The position numbers and the translations under genes are program-made. Source: Lama guanicoe (taxonomy: Eukaryota). Taken from it: 64,000 nt of DNA. The DNA is taken from contig MU053594.1 in NCBI GenBank assembly GCA_013239625.1, positions 2,732,127 through 2,796,126 of the forward strand, written 5' to 3'. The notes below the pieces were generated by a model. The model ran no database searches. It saw nothing but the letters and a program-made list of their open reading frames with translations, and was not told where the DNA came from. Shown in pieces: positions 25,250-38,070 of this stretch; positions within the stretch are counted from its first letter, which is position 1, and each line of letters opens with the position of its first letter.

Positions 25250-25480
25250 GTTAGGTCTCATTCAGTTACAAATGACAGGAACGACCATTCAAACTGACCT
25301 TGAGTGGGAAGGGGGGAGATGTTATCAGCTCATTTAATGAGAAATTTCAGGTCCATGATGTTTCATGAAGTGAAGGCTTGATCAGAACGTTCAAGGACAC
25401 AATCAGAAAGGTGTCTCCATCTCTCAGCTCTGCTGCCCTCAGTTGGATTTGTTCCCAGACAGGGTCCCTCCTGGTGGTGA
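25250..25480 (-). mobile_element. Old MLT1 LTR fragment
   Basis: ttcagttacaaatgacaggaacgaccattcaaactgacctt...tctccatctctcagctctgctgccctc. Confidence 0.4.
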
Positions 25481-26269
25481 TCCACAGAGAGCAATGTTTG
25501 GTGGGAAGCAGTGCTCCTGACAGATCACTCCAGCAAATACCTCACCCAAGATCAGCTCTAGCTGGCTCACCCCAGAGCCAGGAAGAGAGGCCCTGGGGTG
25601 CTTAAGCTGTGTGGGCTGAGATGGGACAGAGGTCATTGCCAAAGGGAGCCTAGCCCACCAGCGTGTGCTTTGCTGGTGAGAGTTAAACCCAGACTGATAA
25701 TTGCTTCACCTTCTCCCTCTATACATTAAGACATGAAAATTTCAAGTCCTAATTTTCAATCAACTAAAACTGGAAGTAAAATCCATAGCACCGAAACCCC
25801 CCTCCCTGCCCCCTATAGCATTTCCCTGTGTACAGGATCTGTGACTCGCCTTGGGAAACCAGTGTCAGCGTTGCTTCTAAGCAGGCCTCCCGCAGACACT
25901 CCCTCAGCAGCCGCATCTCTGTGCTTTGGCATGCTTTGATCCTCTCTAAACACTCCCTGTGCAATTTCTACCTTGGGATCTGCATAAATATCAGCGTAAC
26001 TAGGTGAGCATCTCCCTTGTCCCGTCTGAACGGTGGCTCTCCTGTCCAAGGCGTGCTTCACTGCTGCGCCCCCGGCATGTGGACCATCACACCAGGACTT
26101 GCTGACACGTCTGTGAGTTTGTGTTACTCTTTGTTTCCTTCTGTGAGGCCACATTTCAGGGTCATTTTGCTCGTGACATGCATTGGGTTCAGGTAGGGAC
26201 ATCTCGGGTCCCAAAGGTGGTTTTAGACCTTCTTTCTTGCAGTTGTTCCTTTTGGTGGATTTCTTAGTG

Positions 26270-26850
26270 CCTTCTTTGTTCCTCCGTTTAATTCATCCCC
26301 CAGTGTCCACTTTTCCAGCTGTTCTGAACATTCTGGAATTCTCCTCTCCCTTGTCTTCAGCGACCTTACAACCCTGGCTCATCCTCAGCCTTTGCGATTC
26401 TTCTTACATCCCCGCATGGGGGCTACTCCAAATTTCACTGGACACTCTTCTCTCCAAAGTCTCCTCTCAAAAGATGCCCAAATCCAATAATATCCACAAT
26501 CAACTCTCTGCAGATAAACCCCAGATCTGTATTTCTGACCCATTTCTAAACCTCAGACCTGCAGCCTTACCAGGATGTCTGGTCCATAGTTTAAACTCAC
26601 CAGGTCCCAAACTTCATGCATCACAGGTTTCTGTCTCATGAACCACCTCATCCTCTTACACGTGTCTGCTGTCTGCCTTTCATGTTTACTGATGGAAAGA
26701 CCTTTCCCCAGGCCATCTGGGGTCCAAGCCTAGGTGTCACTTCTACCCACCCCCATGAGGTTCCACATTCAAACTGTCACCCAGTCCTGATCAGCCCTAG
26801 GAGGGGACCCACTTTGCCCAGCTTTACTGCAGCTGTGAACTGCCTAGAAT
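26270..26850 (+). mobile_element. L2 LINE ORF2-derived fragment
   Basis: ctctgcagataaaccccagatctgtatttctgaccc...gatggaaagacctttccccaggccatctggggtccaagcctaggtgtcac. Confidence 0.5.
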
Positions 26851-28701
26851 GTGGAAGGGGAGAGACAGTTCAGAAAGAGAGAGCTTTGACCTGAACAGTG
26901 ATTGAGAAGGAAAGAGCTACGTGGCCTTTGGGAACCAAAGCAGTGACCGAGGGAACAGTAGTCTAATTAGACAGAATAAAAGCACTCGACCAGACTGAAA
27001 ACACACAAATATCATTACATAAATTCTTTGCTCTCAGGAAACCTGAGGGCTCAGGTTCAAGGAACATACTTGTTGTTATCAAATAAAACTCCATTTTTGC
27101 ACACCCCTGGCTGGTGACTGACGTCTATTCTGGGCATGATCTGTGGGATCTGGGGGCAGGCAGTGGGACTTGCAGCAAGTGGTTAGGGCAAAAGGCCAGC
27201 TCTGAGAGGCCTGTGGGTTTCCAGACAGAGAGATCGATTTCAGGGCCTCAGAAAGGCCTTCCTCAGGGACAGACATGAGAGGAGGAGGACTTTCCAGATC
27301 TGCCACCCTCCTGAGCACGGGGATAAATCCTCGCAGGGCTGGGAAGTCATACGGAACAGCTGGCAGGTGGTTGTTGTTCTGTCATGATCAAACTTGTCAA
27401 TGCAACTCTGTGATAACAATCCCCATCTGATTCCAGATCTCCCCAGAAGTGTTAGGAGATCGACTGGGGACTATCCTGACCGAGCCCTCCTGGTGACTTT
27501 CTGTGACATGACATGTTCTGGGTTTTTCTCCTCTACAGGATTGTCGATGCCCCAGCAGACCTGTTTCCTGGTCTAGGAGGCCTCAGCTCTCAGTAAATGC
27601 AGGTTCATGGAGTAGAAGCCTCCTCCTTTTCTTCCTCTCACGTGTCCTTGTTTTCACAATTTGCCCACCATGATGGTTGAAAGACTCTCTTGGTTTATTA
27701 GTCCACTTGAGCATGGGAAATATGATAAGAGCTGAAACACAGTCGACACTTTATTCCGGCCAAGCCCTCTGCTCACGGTGACAGGGCCAGCTGAAGAAAC
27801 ATCTGTAACTTGGACACCCCAGCCCCGGAACGCCAGGCCCTGCCCTCTTGGAGAAAACCTCTCTGAGAATAGAAAAGAAAAGCAATCCAAGTTTTGCTGA
27901 CTTGCGCACATTCTAAAGCATCCAAGAGATAGAAAAAGAAAGAGAGAAGTAACAATTGTCAGTTTAAAAATAACTGCCATTGGAGAAAACAGAATCGTCC
28001 TTTCTGAATGTCCCAGAAAGTTTTTCTATCTTACTTGAATACATGTTGACCAAATGACTGAATAGTGAAAACCTTTTTATCTTCTGCCTCCTCAACCCTT
28101 GATAACTGAAGAATTTAACAACAACTTTAATCTGCATTATGAATGTAGCACTTAGCAATGCCCGCAATAATTGGAAGGTTCTCCTGACATATTTGTTAGA
28201 AGGAAGGAGGGAAGGGAGGGAGGGAGGGAGGAACAAGCCAGGAAATATTATTACAACAATATGCAGGTTTAAAACATTTTACTATAGAATAGATCTTCCT
28301 AAAATTGTGTGTTGTTCCTTAAGTCTGGAGAAGAGCGCTACTGATATAAATAGAAATGAATTTCAACTCAACCTGAGCCAGTTTCAGTGACTCAATATTT
28401 CTACCACTATCAGTAGTAGCCTGATGAGAGAGCCTGGGCTTTAAATTCAGATAGACCTGGGTTCAAGTCCCACATTGGCAAACCACTGGCTACATGAGCT
28501 TCACCCTCGTCATCTGGATCATATTCACGTCATAGAGACATTGAGGTTATGAGCGTGTGCTCTGGGCCAGACCCTTTGGGTGGGGTCAGAACACAAACTC
28601 TGCCACTGACTAGCTATGTGGCTGGAGAAAGTTAATTCTCCTGTCTGTGCCGCCATTTTCTCAGATGCAGACTGGGGGCTGGCAATACTCCCTCCCTCAT
28701 G

Positions 28702-29538
28702 CAGATGGCCCCCAGCTTACGATGGTTCGACTTACGACTTTTTGACTTTAAGACAGTGCGAATGCAATATGCTTTCAGTAGAAACTGTACTTCGGGGCTT
28801 TTAATGTTGTTCTATTCCAGGGGTAGGCTATGCAGGGTGATACGCTCTCATGATGCTGGGTGGCACCAGCGAGCCAGCTCCCTGTTAGCCACATACCATC
28901 ACAAGAGGAAAAAACCAATACACTTAGAACCACTCTGGACCCACACAACCATTCTGTTTTTCACCTTAAGCACATTATTCAATAAGTTACATGAGCCAGT
29001 TAATGCTTCATCATAAAATAGGCTTTGTGGTAGATGATTTTGCCCAGCTTTAGGTTAATGTAAGTGTTCTGAGCATGTTGAAGGTAGGCTAGGCTAAACG
29101 ATGATGTTTGGTATGTTAGGTGTATTAAATGCATTTCTTTTTTTTATTGAGTTATAGTCATTTTACAATGTTGTGTCAATTTCTGGTGTACAGCACAATT
29201 TTTCAGTCATACAGAATATACATATATTCATTTTCATATTCTTTTTCACCATGAGCTACCACAAGATCTTGTATATACTTCCCTCTGCTGTATAGTATAA
29301 ACTTGTTTATCTATTCTATATATACCTGTCAGTATCTACGAATCTCGAACTCCCAGTCTGTCCCTTCCCAACCCCCTCCCCCCTGGCAGCCACAGGTTTG
29401 TATTCTATGTCTTTGAGTCTGTTTCTATTTTATATTTAAGTTCATTTGTCTTCTTTAAGTGCATTTCTAACTTACCATATCTTCAACTTAGGATAGGTTT
29501 ATTGGGACAAAACCCTACTGTAAGTCTTGGAAGATCTG
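28702..29538 (-). mobile_element. MER47B-like Tigger5 derivative, interrupted by L1
   Basis: terminal cagatggcccccagcttacgatggttcgacttacga and taagtcttggaagatctg followed by TA; internal aaataggctttgtggtagatgattttgccc...gtaggctaggctaaacgatgatgtttgg. Confidence 0.85.
29139..29454 (-). mobile_element. Young camelid L1 3' end, 5'-truncated
   Basis: poly-T then attgagttatagtcattttacaatgttgtgtcaatttctggtgtacagcacaatt; 14-bp TSD ttaaatgcatttct (29125-29138) / ttaagtgcatttct (29455-29468). Confidence 0.92.
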
Positions 29539-29897
29539 TAATGCTTGCAAAGCACATCAAATAGAGCCTGGCACAAAGTTATTCAATATACATTAGCTTT
29601 ATTAGTATGTCCTCAAGAAGACATGCATTTGGAGAGAAGGGATTTTTGTGGGCTTGTTCACAACTATGTCCTCAGTGGAAGCCCAGCACATAGTGGGTGC
29701 TCATTACCCTTTGGCTGAGAAAAGAATAACATCCTCACAGGGGTTGTTGTGCGAAATTATGTTGTCTCATTATGTAAAATGCCTGATACTGAATAGCCAC
29801 TCAATAAAAATTGGCTTTATTCTCTTTTTTTCTGATCTCTTCCACAGAGCAATCATTTGTCCTCCACTTTCCAAATGTTCTCTTTGCCTTGTAGGAA

Positions 29898-30012
29898 CTT
29901 ATAGTGAAAAAGAATATGAAAATGAACATATGCATATTCATGTATGACTGAAGCGTTATGCTGTACACCAGAAATTGACACAACATTGTGAACTGACTAC
30001 ACTTCAGTAAGA
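29898..30012 (+). mobile_element. Camelid L1 3' end, short
   Basis: gaaaaagaatatgaaaatgaacatatgcatattcatgtatgactgaagcgttatgctgtacaccagaaattgacacaacattgtgaactgactacacttca. Confidence 0.85.
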
Positions 30013-30487
30013 ACACATATGTACAAATGCATATATATATCTCACACCTGAAGTACTCCTGGGTAGTATTTTTAATGCTATACACTGGCCAGGGTTCTCT
30101 CTAGACTGAGGGAAACTCGCTGTTTGGTTTCCACCGGCTACAGGGATTACCCATTCTGGTACTCATAAGTGAAGTCTTAGGCCAGTGCTACTGGGATTTC
30201 CACCAGTGCTGCTCCGGGAACAGCACTGCCCATGCACGGCTCTGGAAAGCACGGGGAAGGGAGGGGGAGCCATGCTGATTTCATCACCATGCTGTCAATC
30301 ACACGTGACTATTAGACAGGCATTCCAGACTGTTGCTCCATCAGAAATCCAGATGTCTCCCTGGCTTTGTGGAGATCATAAACATGACATTACCCTCCAC
30401 AAAGGCCAAAAAACAAAACAGGAAAAGCCCTTTCATTCAATAATTCCCTTTCACAAATACAAACAAAATGAAACAAAACCCACTTCC

Positions 30488-30843
30488 TGTCTGTCTGAGT
30501 TCAGGTTGCTGTAACAAACCATGATAGATTCAGTGGCTTAAACCACAGATTTATTTCTCACAGTTCTGCAGACTAAGTCTAAGATGCAGTGTCTGGTGCA
30601 AGTCCTCGTCCTGGCTTGCAGGCAGCACCTTCTTTCTGTGTCCTCATGTTGGAGAGAGAGAAAGAGGAAGAGCTCTAGTCTCTTCTTCTTCTTCCAAGGA
30701 CACCGATCCCATCATGGGGGCTCCATCCTCATGACCTCATCTAAACCTAATTACCTTCTAAAGGCCACATCTCCAAATACCATCACATTGGAGGTTAAGT
30801 CTTCACACACAGATTTTGGGGGATAAACATGCCGTCCATAATA
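30488..30843 (-). mobile_element. MLT1A-like MaLR solo LTR
   Basis: gttgctgtaacaaaccatgatagattcagtggcttaaaccacagatttatttctcacagttctg...ccatcctcatgacctcatctaaacctaattacc...catcacattggaggttaag. Confidence 0.85.
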
Positions 30844-31389
30844 CTGTCATTTTCCTTTTCTCAATCCTTGGCTGAAGCCATCTGTACCTCAAGAGTATAA
30901 GGATATTAAACTCTTGGAATGGGAAGAAACCCAACTGTCAGAGAGTGCAGGATGTGTTGAGGGTGCTGGAATAAGATCAGGATGATTAGGACTGGGGGCT
31001 CAGGGCTATCGGAATCCTGCTGTGGACCAGTTGTCTCTCCTGCCCTAAAGGAAATACGTTCAGTTCTGGCATTCTCAGGCAGGGCTGGAGGATGCCAACC
31101 TAGGGACCTCTCTTGTAGGACTAGAGGAAGCCAAAGAGAGAGAGAAGTGATGGGAGCTTCTCTAAGGAGAAGCTGTCTCAGAACTCTGTCTTCATTTGGC
31201 TTCACAAAAGAAACAGAAATACTCTTCTCATTACATCTAACCTTGAACACCCAACAACAATGGCCAGTAAATGTCCCTGGCTTTGATTCCCATTTCTCCT
31301 TGGTGATGGAGTGCAATGAAATACTAACCCTGGGAAAGACTGAAAGGAAGGCCATGCTTTAGGAATCTCCTGAGCAGGCCTGAGTCCCA

Positions 31390-31635
31390 TATGGTGAAGA
31401 ACAAAGGATTTGGAGTCAGAGAGACCTAGATCCATTCTTGGCTGCTCCACTTCCTAATTGGACACCCTTGCAAAAATCACTTAACTTCTCTAGGCCTGAG
31501 GTTCCCCATCTGAAAATAGATGATTCCTACCACAGAGAGTTGTTATGAAAATTAAATGAGATAACGTTTATAAAAGCCCTTGGCAGAGTGTCTGGCTCCG
31601 GGTAAGTGCCAAATAAATGGTAGTGATTGTTATCA
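31390..31635 (+). mobile_element. MIR SINE, near full length
   Basis: tttggagtcagagagacctag...tcacttaacttctctaggcctgaggttccccatctgaaaatag...attaaatgagataacgtttataaaagcccttggcagagtgtctggc. Confidence 0.85.
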
Positions 31636-31664
31636 GTATATAAAATCCATGAGTCACTTCTGTA

Positions 31665-31995
31665 GCATTCCCGACAAATTATTATCTAATTTCTGTTTGA
31701 ATATCTCTGGGGACCTGTGCTCATTACTCCCCTAGGAAACCTATACTATTACTGGGGTAGCTGTAGAAAAATTGTGTTTCTTTGAGACAGATGTCTCGTG
31801 CACCTGCCTCATTCCCTGGAGCAATGTAAAACAAACACACTCTTTCTTACACGTGACTGTTCCGTCCATGTTTGAAGGCAGCTGCCACGTTCCCCTGAGG
31901 TCTTCTCTTCCCCAGCATCAACATCCCTAGCCTTCTTAGTCATTTTATATGAATTTGTTTCTGGGCCTTTCCCTACTCTGATTGCTGTCCATCGT
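31665..31995 (-). mobile_element. L3/CR1 LINE fragment
   Basis: cattcccgacaaattattatctaatttctgtttgaatatctc...tttgaaggcagctgccacgttcccctgaggtcttctcttccccagcatcaacatccctag follows the L3 3' ORF2 region in reverse. Confidence 0.65.
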
Positions 31996-32436
31996 ACCAA
32001 AGAGAGGATCCAAAACTCTCAAATCATTAGTCTTCATTCTGTCGTCATGTGAAGGTGTCTCTCTAAGATATTGCACACCGGGCATTTCATCACAAACAGT
32101 GACTAATCACGGGAAGAACATCATGTTATTTGGGGTAAGGTGGTTTCTTTACAGAATTACCTAGCCTCGTTCATCTGCCCATCCAACAAACGTCTATTGG
32201 AAACCTAGTATAGTGTCAGACATCTTGTTAGGTACTTGAGACACACAGATGAACAAGGCATATCCTGGTCCGGCCCCCAGGCACCTCACAGGTCAGTGTG
32301 GGAGGCTGATTACAAGTGCACAAGTACTGGCAGCAAGAATCAGTGTGCTGAGAAGAGAAAGACTGTGAGCTCCCGAGGACAGGGTCCTACCTCACTCATT
32401 CTCCATTCCCCACAGTCCATAATCCTATTCCCATAC

Positions 32437-32781
32437 TGCAATGGACTGAATGTGTGTCCCCCCACCTCCAAATTCACACATTGAAACCTAATCCTCAGTG
32501 TGATGGTCTTTGGGGCGTGATTAGGTCATGAGGCAGGGCCCTTGTGAATGGGCTTAGTGCCCTTATACTAGGGATCCCAGAGAGCTCCCCTGCCCCTTCC
32601 CCCATACAAGGGCTCAGAGAGAAGAAGGCCATGTGTAAACCAAGAAGCAGGCCCTCACCAGACACTGAAACTGCCAGGACCTTGCACTCGAGCTTCCCAA
32701 TCTCCAGAACTGTGAGAGAGAAATGCATTTTGTTTAAGTCACCCAGTCTGTTGTATTTTGTTACAGCAGCAAACTAAGACA
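32437..32781 (+). mobile_element. MLT1A-like MaLR solo LTR
   Basis: tgcaatggactgaatgtgtgtcccc start, ...gttacagcagcaaactaagaca end, perfect 5-bp TSD catac (32432-32436, 32782-32786). Confidence 0.92.
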
Positions 32782-32973
32782 CATACCATGCTGCCAGAGT
32801 CATATTGTTTAAACGTGAATCATATTATGTCTATTTCCCTGTTTAAAAAGCCCCAGTGCCTTAGATTGCCAAGGCATATTGTTAAGTGAAATAAATAAGG
32901 TGCAAAACAGTATCCATAGAAACATATGTGTGCAGCAGAAAATAAAGCAGTAAGTTTCCTAAGGAAATAATAC

Positions 32974-33092
32974 ATAAATAGATAGATGGATAGATAGACA
33001 GATAGATAATAGATTGACAGATGATAGATACATAGGTAGACAGATAGACAGATACATATAAATAGATAGGTAGAGGTAGATAGATAAAGATA
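32974..33092. repeat. complex (GATA/GACA/GGTA)n tetranucleotide microsatellite
   Basis: atagatagatggatagatagacagatagataatagattgacagatgatagatacataggtagacagatagacagatac... Confidence 0.9.
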
Positions 33093-33129
33093 GGGAATAT
33101 AGATAATTTTGAAAAAGAAATCACCAATG

Positions 33130-33650
33130 GTTTTCCAATACACCTAGAAAAATCAAGCATATTTGCCTATGAAGACCCAAATGTGTCTCTCCACCTCTCC
33201 AACCTTGCTTGTACTGCGTTCCCCGCCACTATGTTCCAGCTATAAGGAAATGCCTTCTCGTGGAACAAGCCAAAATCTTTCCTGATATGGAGCCTGTGTG
33301 CTCGCTGTTCCTCTGTGTGAGTCTCCTCTCCCTGATCTTCATGGGACTCACTCTTCCTGTCATTCAGATCTCAGCACACAGGTCCCCTCTCCAGCAAGCC
33401 TTCCCTACCACCCAAACCAAAGCAGCCGCCGTGTTACTATTACATCACCTGACTTTAAATTCTCTGCTTAGCATTTTCTAAGTTTCTCTCAAATACCCAT
33501 TGTGGATGAGCTTATTTTCAGTCCTCCCCATCAGAAGGCTAACACTGTGAGTGCAGAATCCTCGTCTGTCTTGTTTACCAGTGAGCAGAACATTGCCTGG
33601 CACAGAACTGATATTCAACCAATAACTGTCAAATGATTTAATGAACTGTT
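33130..33650 (+). mobile_element. L2 LINE 3' region
   Basis: cattcagatctcagcacacaggtcccctctccagcaagccttccctaccaccc...agaacattgcctggcacagaactgatattcaaccaataactgtcaaatga. Confidence 0.65.
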
Positions 33651-33993
33651 GTTGGTCCAATACCTAGCAGAATGGGGCACCTAGGAGGAGGTCATTACAA
33701 CTGGGACGACTGCCACCACAATCCCAGTCCCCAGCACCTTCCCCACCACTGCTACAACATCCTGGAACTCGAAACTTTGGGGAATGAGAAACGTTGCATT
33801 TTTTTCCTCTGAAAGTAACAGTTAAATATTACCATTACAGTGTTCATATTTTAAAAATAAATTTCATGAGTAATATAGGGAATCTTTGAACAAATATGAA
33901 AAACAAAATCATAATTTAAAAAAATGGGAATCACAGTCCCCTACGATTGAACAATGGAGGCCTGAGTTTTGGAATACTGAAAAATATGAGTGC

Positions 33994-34110
33994 ATTTTTT
34001 ATTGACGTGTAGTTGATTTATAATATTGTGTTAGTTTCTGGTGTACAGCATAGTGATTCAGTTATGCATATATACATTCTTTTTTATATTCTTTTTCCTT
34101 GTAGGTTACC
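33994..34110 (-). mobile_element. L1 3' end (artiodactyl-type), short
   Basis: tttttattgacgtgtagttgatttataatattgtgttagtttctggtgtacagcatagtgattcagttat; degenerate TSD atatgagtgcattttt / atatgcatgcactttt. Confidence 0.85.
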
Positions 34111-34703
34111 ATATGCATGCACTTTTAAAGGATTATTTTCTGTGTAGTTGCTCTGAATAGCCACTGAACATTAGAAAGGCAGTTTTGCAGAGTGTATGTT
34201 TGTAAACTCTTCCTTGTATATTACAAAAGTACCACATACATAACACAAAAAGATGTTTACATTGCATGCATGTTCCAGCAGCTTCTGTTTCTTTTTACTA
34301 ATATGAACTATTGAACATTGCCTGCTGTTTCAGCATTATTTCCACCTGGCTCAGTCAGCAGCCACTCCAAGTGACCACCCTGGATGGAGTGGAGAGTTCT
34401 GCTGTTAAATCAACCTACAGGTCTATATATGATGTCCTCCTGCCCATCATGACAGCTCATGTCGGTCCACTCTCCTCTCTGCTACAAACTCCAACCACTC
34501 TGCTCCTCACTCACTATCTCATATGCGCCCCTCCCTCCTTCCTTTCCAGCCCCCTTCTGGCTGGGACACTCACCCCTTCCTTCTTGCTAACTTCTGCATG
34601 TTCTTCATTCACTTAAATGAAACTCCTCCAGGAAGGCACATGCTCACCCTTCTGCTGTTACTCGCATGGCACTAAGCTTCTCCTAGGTTAACCCTCTTCA
34701 CAT

Positions 34704-35172
34704 TGTTGAAACCGTGGGTAATTAGTCAAGTCCATTTCACCTGTCTTCACGAGTCTAGCTGTTTTAAGACTCACCTGTCCTCCAAGAGGCACGTAGCCAA
34801 AACAATATGTTTGCCCAAGTCATTTTCTAGGCACTTGGTGTCAGCTGTGTCTGGTTCAAGCTGATCTGGTTAAGACTGGATAGGACCACCAGCCCTCAAC
34901 TGGGAATGTGCAAGTGTCTGCACTCGGATCCACAATCATCACACATTTTCCCAAGCACATTTCCCTGTGGTCCCCACGCCCCAGACCACCCTGCTTCTTT
35001 ATGCTTTATCCCCTCGGTAACTCCAGCCCCTGGCCTTCAGAGAGGTCGATTTGAGGCTGCTTCTTTCCTCCTGGCTTGGGTCCCTTGCAAATAAACCCTC
35101 TCTTTGCAAACTTCCACATCTCAGGGTTTCAGCTTGCTGTGTGTTGGGTAAGACGAACCCGATTCAGTAACA
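34704..35172 (+). mobile_element. ERV1 (MER4-group, MER89/MER67-like) solo LTR inserted in L2
   Basis: TG...CA; ctgatctggttaagactggataggaccacc; gcaaataaaccctctctttgc polyA region; end gacgaacccgattcagtaaca. Confidence 0.65.
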
Positions 35173-35174
35173 AA

Positions 35175-35340
35175 GTGACTTAAAATTGGCCCTTAGCTCT
35201 AGACGGTAAGCACCACGAGAGCAGGGACAGTGCATATTTGCACTCCACTGTATTCCTGGCACATAGTAAACACTCAATGTAATATTTGTCCAATGAATGA
35301 ACGAGTGAAGAAGTGAATGAATGGATGAATGAATGAATGC
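35175..35340 (+). mobile_element. L2 3' terminus
   Basis: cctggcacatagtaaacactcaatgtaatatttgtccaatgaatgaacgagtgaa...(tgaa)n. Confidence 0.75.
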
Positions 35341-36899
35341 CTGGGAGCATTTTGATACACATTAGGTTTCCAGGGGCCCATTTATAGAAGGTACCATTAT
35401 TTCCATTTTATTCTCTTAAGCCAAACTTAATTTTTACTAATGGGAATAACTAATTTCCCCTGACAAATTGAAGCAGTGGAATTTGCCACCTTTGGAAACA
35501 GCCCTGTATAATTCAAAATATAAGCCTGTTCACGGACAGCAGACTGAAAGGTGGGGTGGTACTTTTCATAAGTTACGAGGTACTAAAAGACTAAGCTACA
35601 GGCCACTGTGCCTTGTAAGGGTCACTGAGCACGGACACTTGCTCATGTCCAGTTGAGGCCTGGTGGTCCTCTCTGGTCTTAACCAGCTCAGCTCAAACTA
35701 GACACAGCCGACTCCAAGTTCCCCAAAACAGCACAGGCTAACATCTTACTGTTTAGGCCGCATGCACGTCCTGCAGCCCCGAGGGTCTGCCCCATAAACG
35801 CCCACAACAGCAGGGCTCAGAAGATGCAGGCCTGGTGCCCACCGGCCCAGACGCAGTGGTGAGCGAGGCCGGAGGAGGGACAGAGACAAACTGCGCCCTC
35901 CTTGCCACCTGGCCCGAAGCCTTAGTGACGACTGCGGATAACCATTCCAGGTGTGGAAACCCAACTCCTGATTCAGGCTGAGTTTTTTCCCCATGTGGCC
36001 CGGGCTGAATTCTGTGAGGTCCTGTCTTATTTTCTATGCTTCCAAACTTAACTATGTCAGGTCAGTTTTTTTAGAGTGACCTCAAATTTCCAGGCAGCAC
36101 AAAATCGTTATGGCAGTATACTATTTAAACATCCCTAAATTGTCTGATGAAACAAACCAAAAATGGGCAGATAACTGAGAATAGTCAGATTTAAAAATAA
36201 AAAAGTCCTCATCTTCAACAAAATGAGATGACAAGGAATTCTGCTGAGCCCCGGAGTATACGTGGTAAGGCCAGACCACCACGAAGAGCAGAACCTGCTC
36301 AGGCCACGGGTGGGATTATGACTTGTGGGGGCTGTGGAAAGGGTAGGAAAGAGTGCCAGTGGTCTTACGAGACTTGAAACACAGAAATGGCATCAAATGC
36401 TCATTCCCAAAAGGAGATGACCACAGTCTGAGGGGAATCCTATGCAAGCAAACCTGGAGGAAAAAAAAAAAAAACAGTTGGTAAAACTGGAGGAAAGTTG
36501 CTCAGACTCCAATCAGCAGATGAGTCAAACAAGACATACCAGGCACCCAGGAGAAAGTCAGAAGATCCCAGGCAGCCTGTAGAACAAGAACCTCAGAAAT
36601 ATCCAACCAGATCTTCCCTCTGGAATGAGAGACTTAACTTTGAGGGGGGGAAAAACGTGCTATGGTTATAGAAAATAAAAATGACTGAACACTGTAAAAA
36701 CAATGGTGGAAAACGGAGAAAAGATTCAACTTTGAAAAGAGAGTCCAGAGGGAATGAGCCTGACTGTTGAACTGACAGGCTGTACTTTTCAATATTTCAA
36801 GGTGACAACAGAGGAGGAAGGCTTAGAAACTTTCCTCTGTGAGGTCCGCCACCCTGACCTGACTCCACAGTCATCTCCTTCTGAAAAAATAAGAGGGAG

Positions 36900-37780
36900 C
36901 ATCACAAATTAACATGAGAAGATGAAAAGAATGGAATTGAAACCCCATATAAGGACATTGTATGACCAAAAAAATTATTATTGAAGGCATTAAAAAAAAA
37001 CCCACAAAGCTGATGAAAACTACAGCTTAATATTACAAAAGAGCTAAGATAAAAACGAGAACAGTACAGGAGCTATGAAAACTTAGCATAACCCAGAAGT
37101 AGATAATCTCAGAGGGCAGATGATTGAAAGCTGGAAGGATTCGAGAAAGTTCTGTCAGGGTTCAGGAAAAAGTTGTTGAAGGAAAGAAGAAAACCTCACT
37201 TCAGAATGAAGACTAAAATAAACATGAGAGACCAGGCACCAGAGAGAGACAATCAGAGAACTAGAGGTCAGAAAGGAGAAAATGAAGAAATCAAAGAAAA
37301 AAAGAAAATAAGAACATAAAAAGAAAATAATAGATACAGAATATTAGCAGAGAAAATCAATACATATGGTTAGAGTCCCCAAAGAAAAATCCAAAGCCAT
37401 GGCACAGAACAGTTCCTACAAACTATAAATCAGGATAGCTTTCCTGAAATAAAAGAAGCCTACATATTGAAAATTTGAGAAAATTGATCCAGACATTGCC
37501 AAGGCATATTTTAGTGAATCTAATAGAGGAAACATCCTAACATCCTTTGTGCTCCCACTAAAACCAGACCAAGTCACTTACAAGTAGGATGATCACATAA
37601 CTTATCCAAACTGGGCTACTTTTAAAGGACACCATTACTAATTGTGCTGGGTGAACAGAGATAAATCCAGACTGTGCCTGGCCAACTGAAATATAAGTTC
37701 ACTCGATATCATGAAAAAATTTTAAAAACAGGCACTTTACTTTTAAGGGAAATAAAGCCTAGAAAACAATGACAACCCAC
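36900..37780 (+). mobile_element. Ancient L1/HAL1-type ORF1 remnant
   Basis: A-rich; tagagtccccaaagaaaaatccaaagccatggcacagaac...ctttcctgaaataaaagaagcctacatattgaaa...aattgatccagaca...gaccaagtcacttacaag resembles old L1M/HAL1 ORF1; may extend upstream to ~36050. Confidence 0.55.
37585..37706 (+). mobile_element. MER81 (hAT-Blackjack MITE)
   Basis: taggatgatcacataacttatccaaactgggctactttt...taaatccagactgtgcctggccaactgaaatataagttcactc matches the ~115-bp MER81 layout. Confidence 0.6.
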
Positions 37781-37817
37781 TAGAGTGAATATCCCCGGCA
37801 CTCGTGCTGTGGTCTTT

Positions 37818-38070
37818 TCTTTTTTTATAACATTTTTTATTGATTTATAATCATTTTACAATGTTGTGTCAAATTCCAGTGTAGAGCACAATTTTTCAGT
37901 TATACATGAACATATATATATTCATTGTCACTTTTTTTCTCTGTAAGCTACCATAAGATCTTGTGTATATTTCCCTGTGCTATATGGTATAATCTTGTTT
38001 ATCTATTCTACACTTTTGAAATCCCATCTATCCCTTCCCACCCTCTGTCCCCCTTGGCAACCACAAGTTA
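37818..38070 (-). mobile_element. Young camelid L1 3' end, 5'-truncated
   Basis: tttttttataacattttttattgatttataatcattttacaatgttgtgtcaaattccagtgtagagcacaatt; 12-bp TSD gctgtggtcttt (37806-37817) / gctatggtcttt (38071-38082). Confidence 0.92.

Larger units (their letters stand above)
28530..29605 (+). mobile_element. MIR SINE split by MER47 (halves ~28530-28701 and ~29541-29605)
   Basis: ctctgccactgactagctatgtggctggagaaagttaatt...ttttctcagatgca left half; aatgcttgcaaagcac...gcctggcaca...cattagctttatta right half. Confidence 0.7.
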
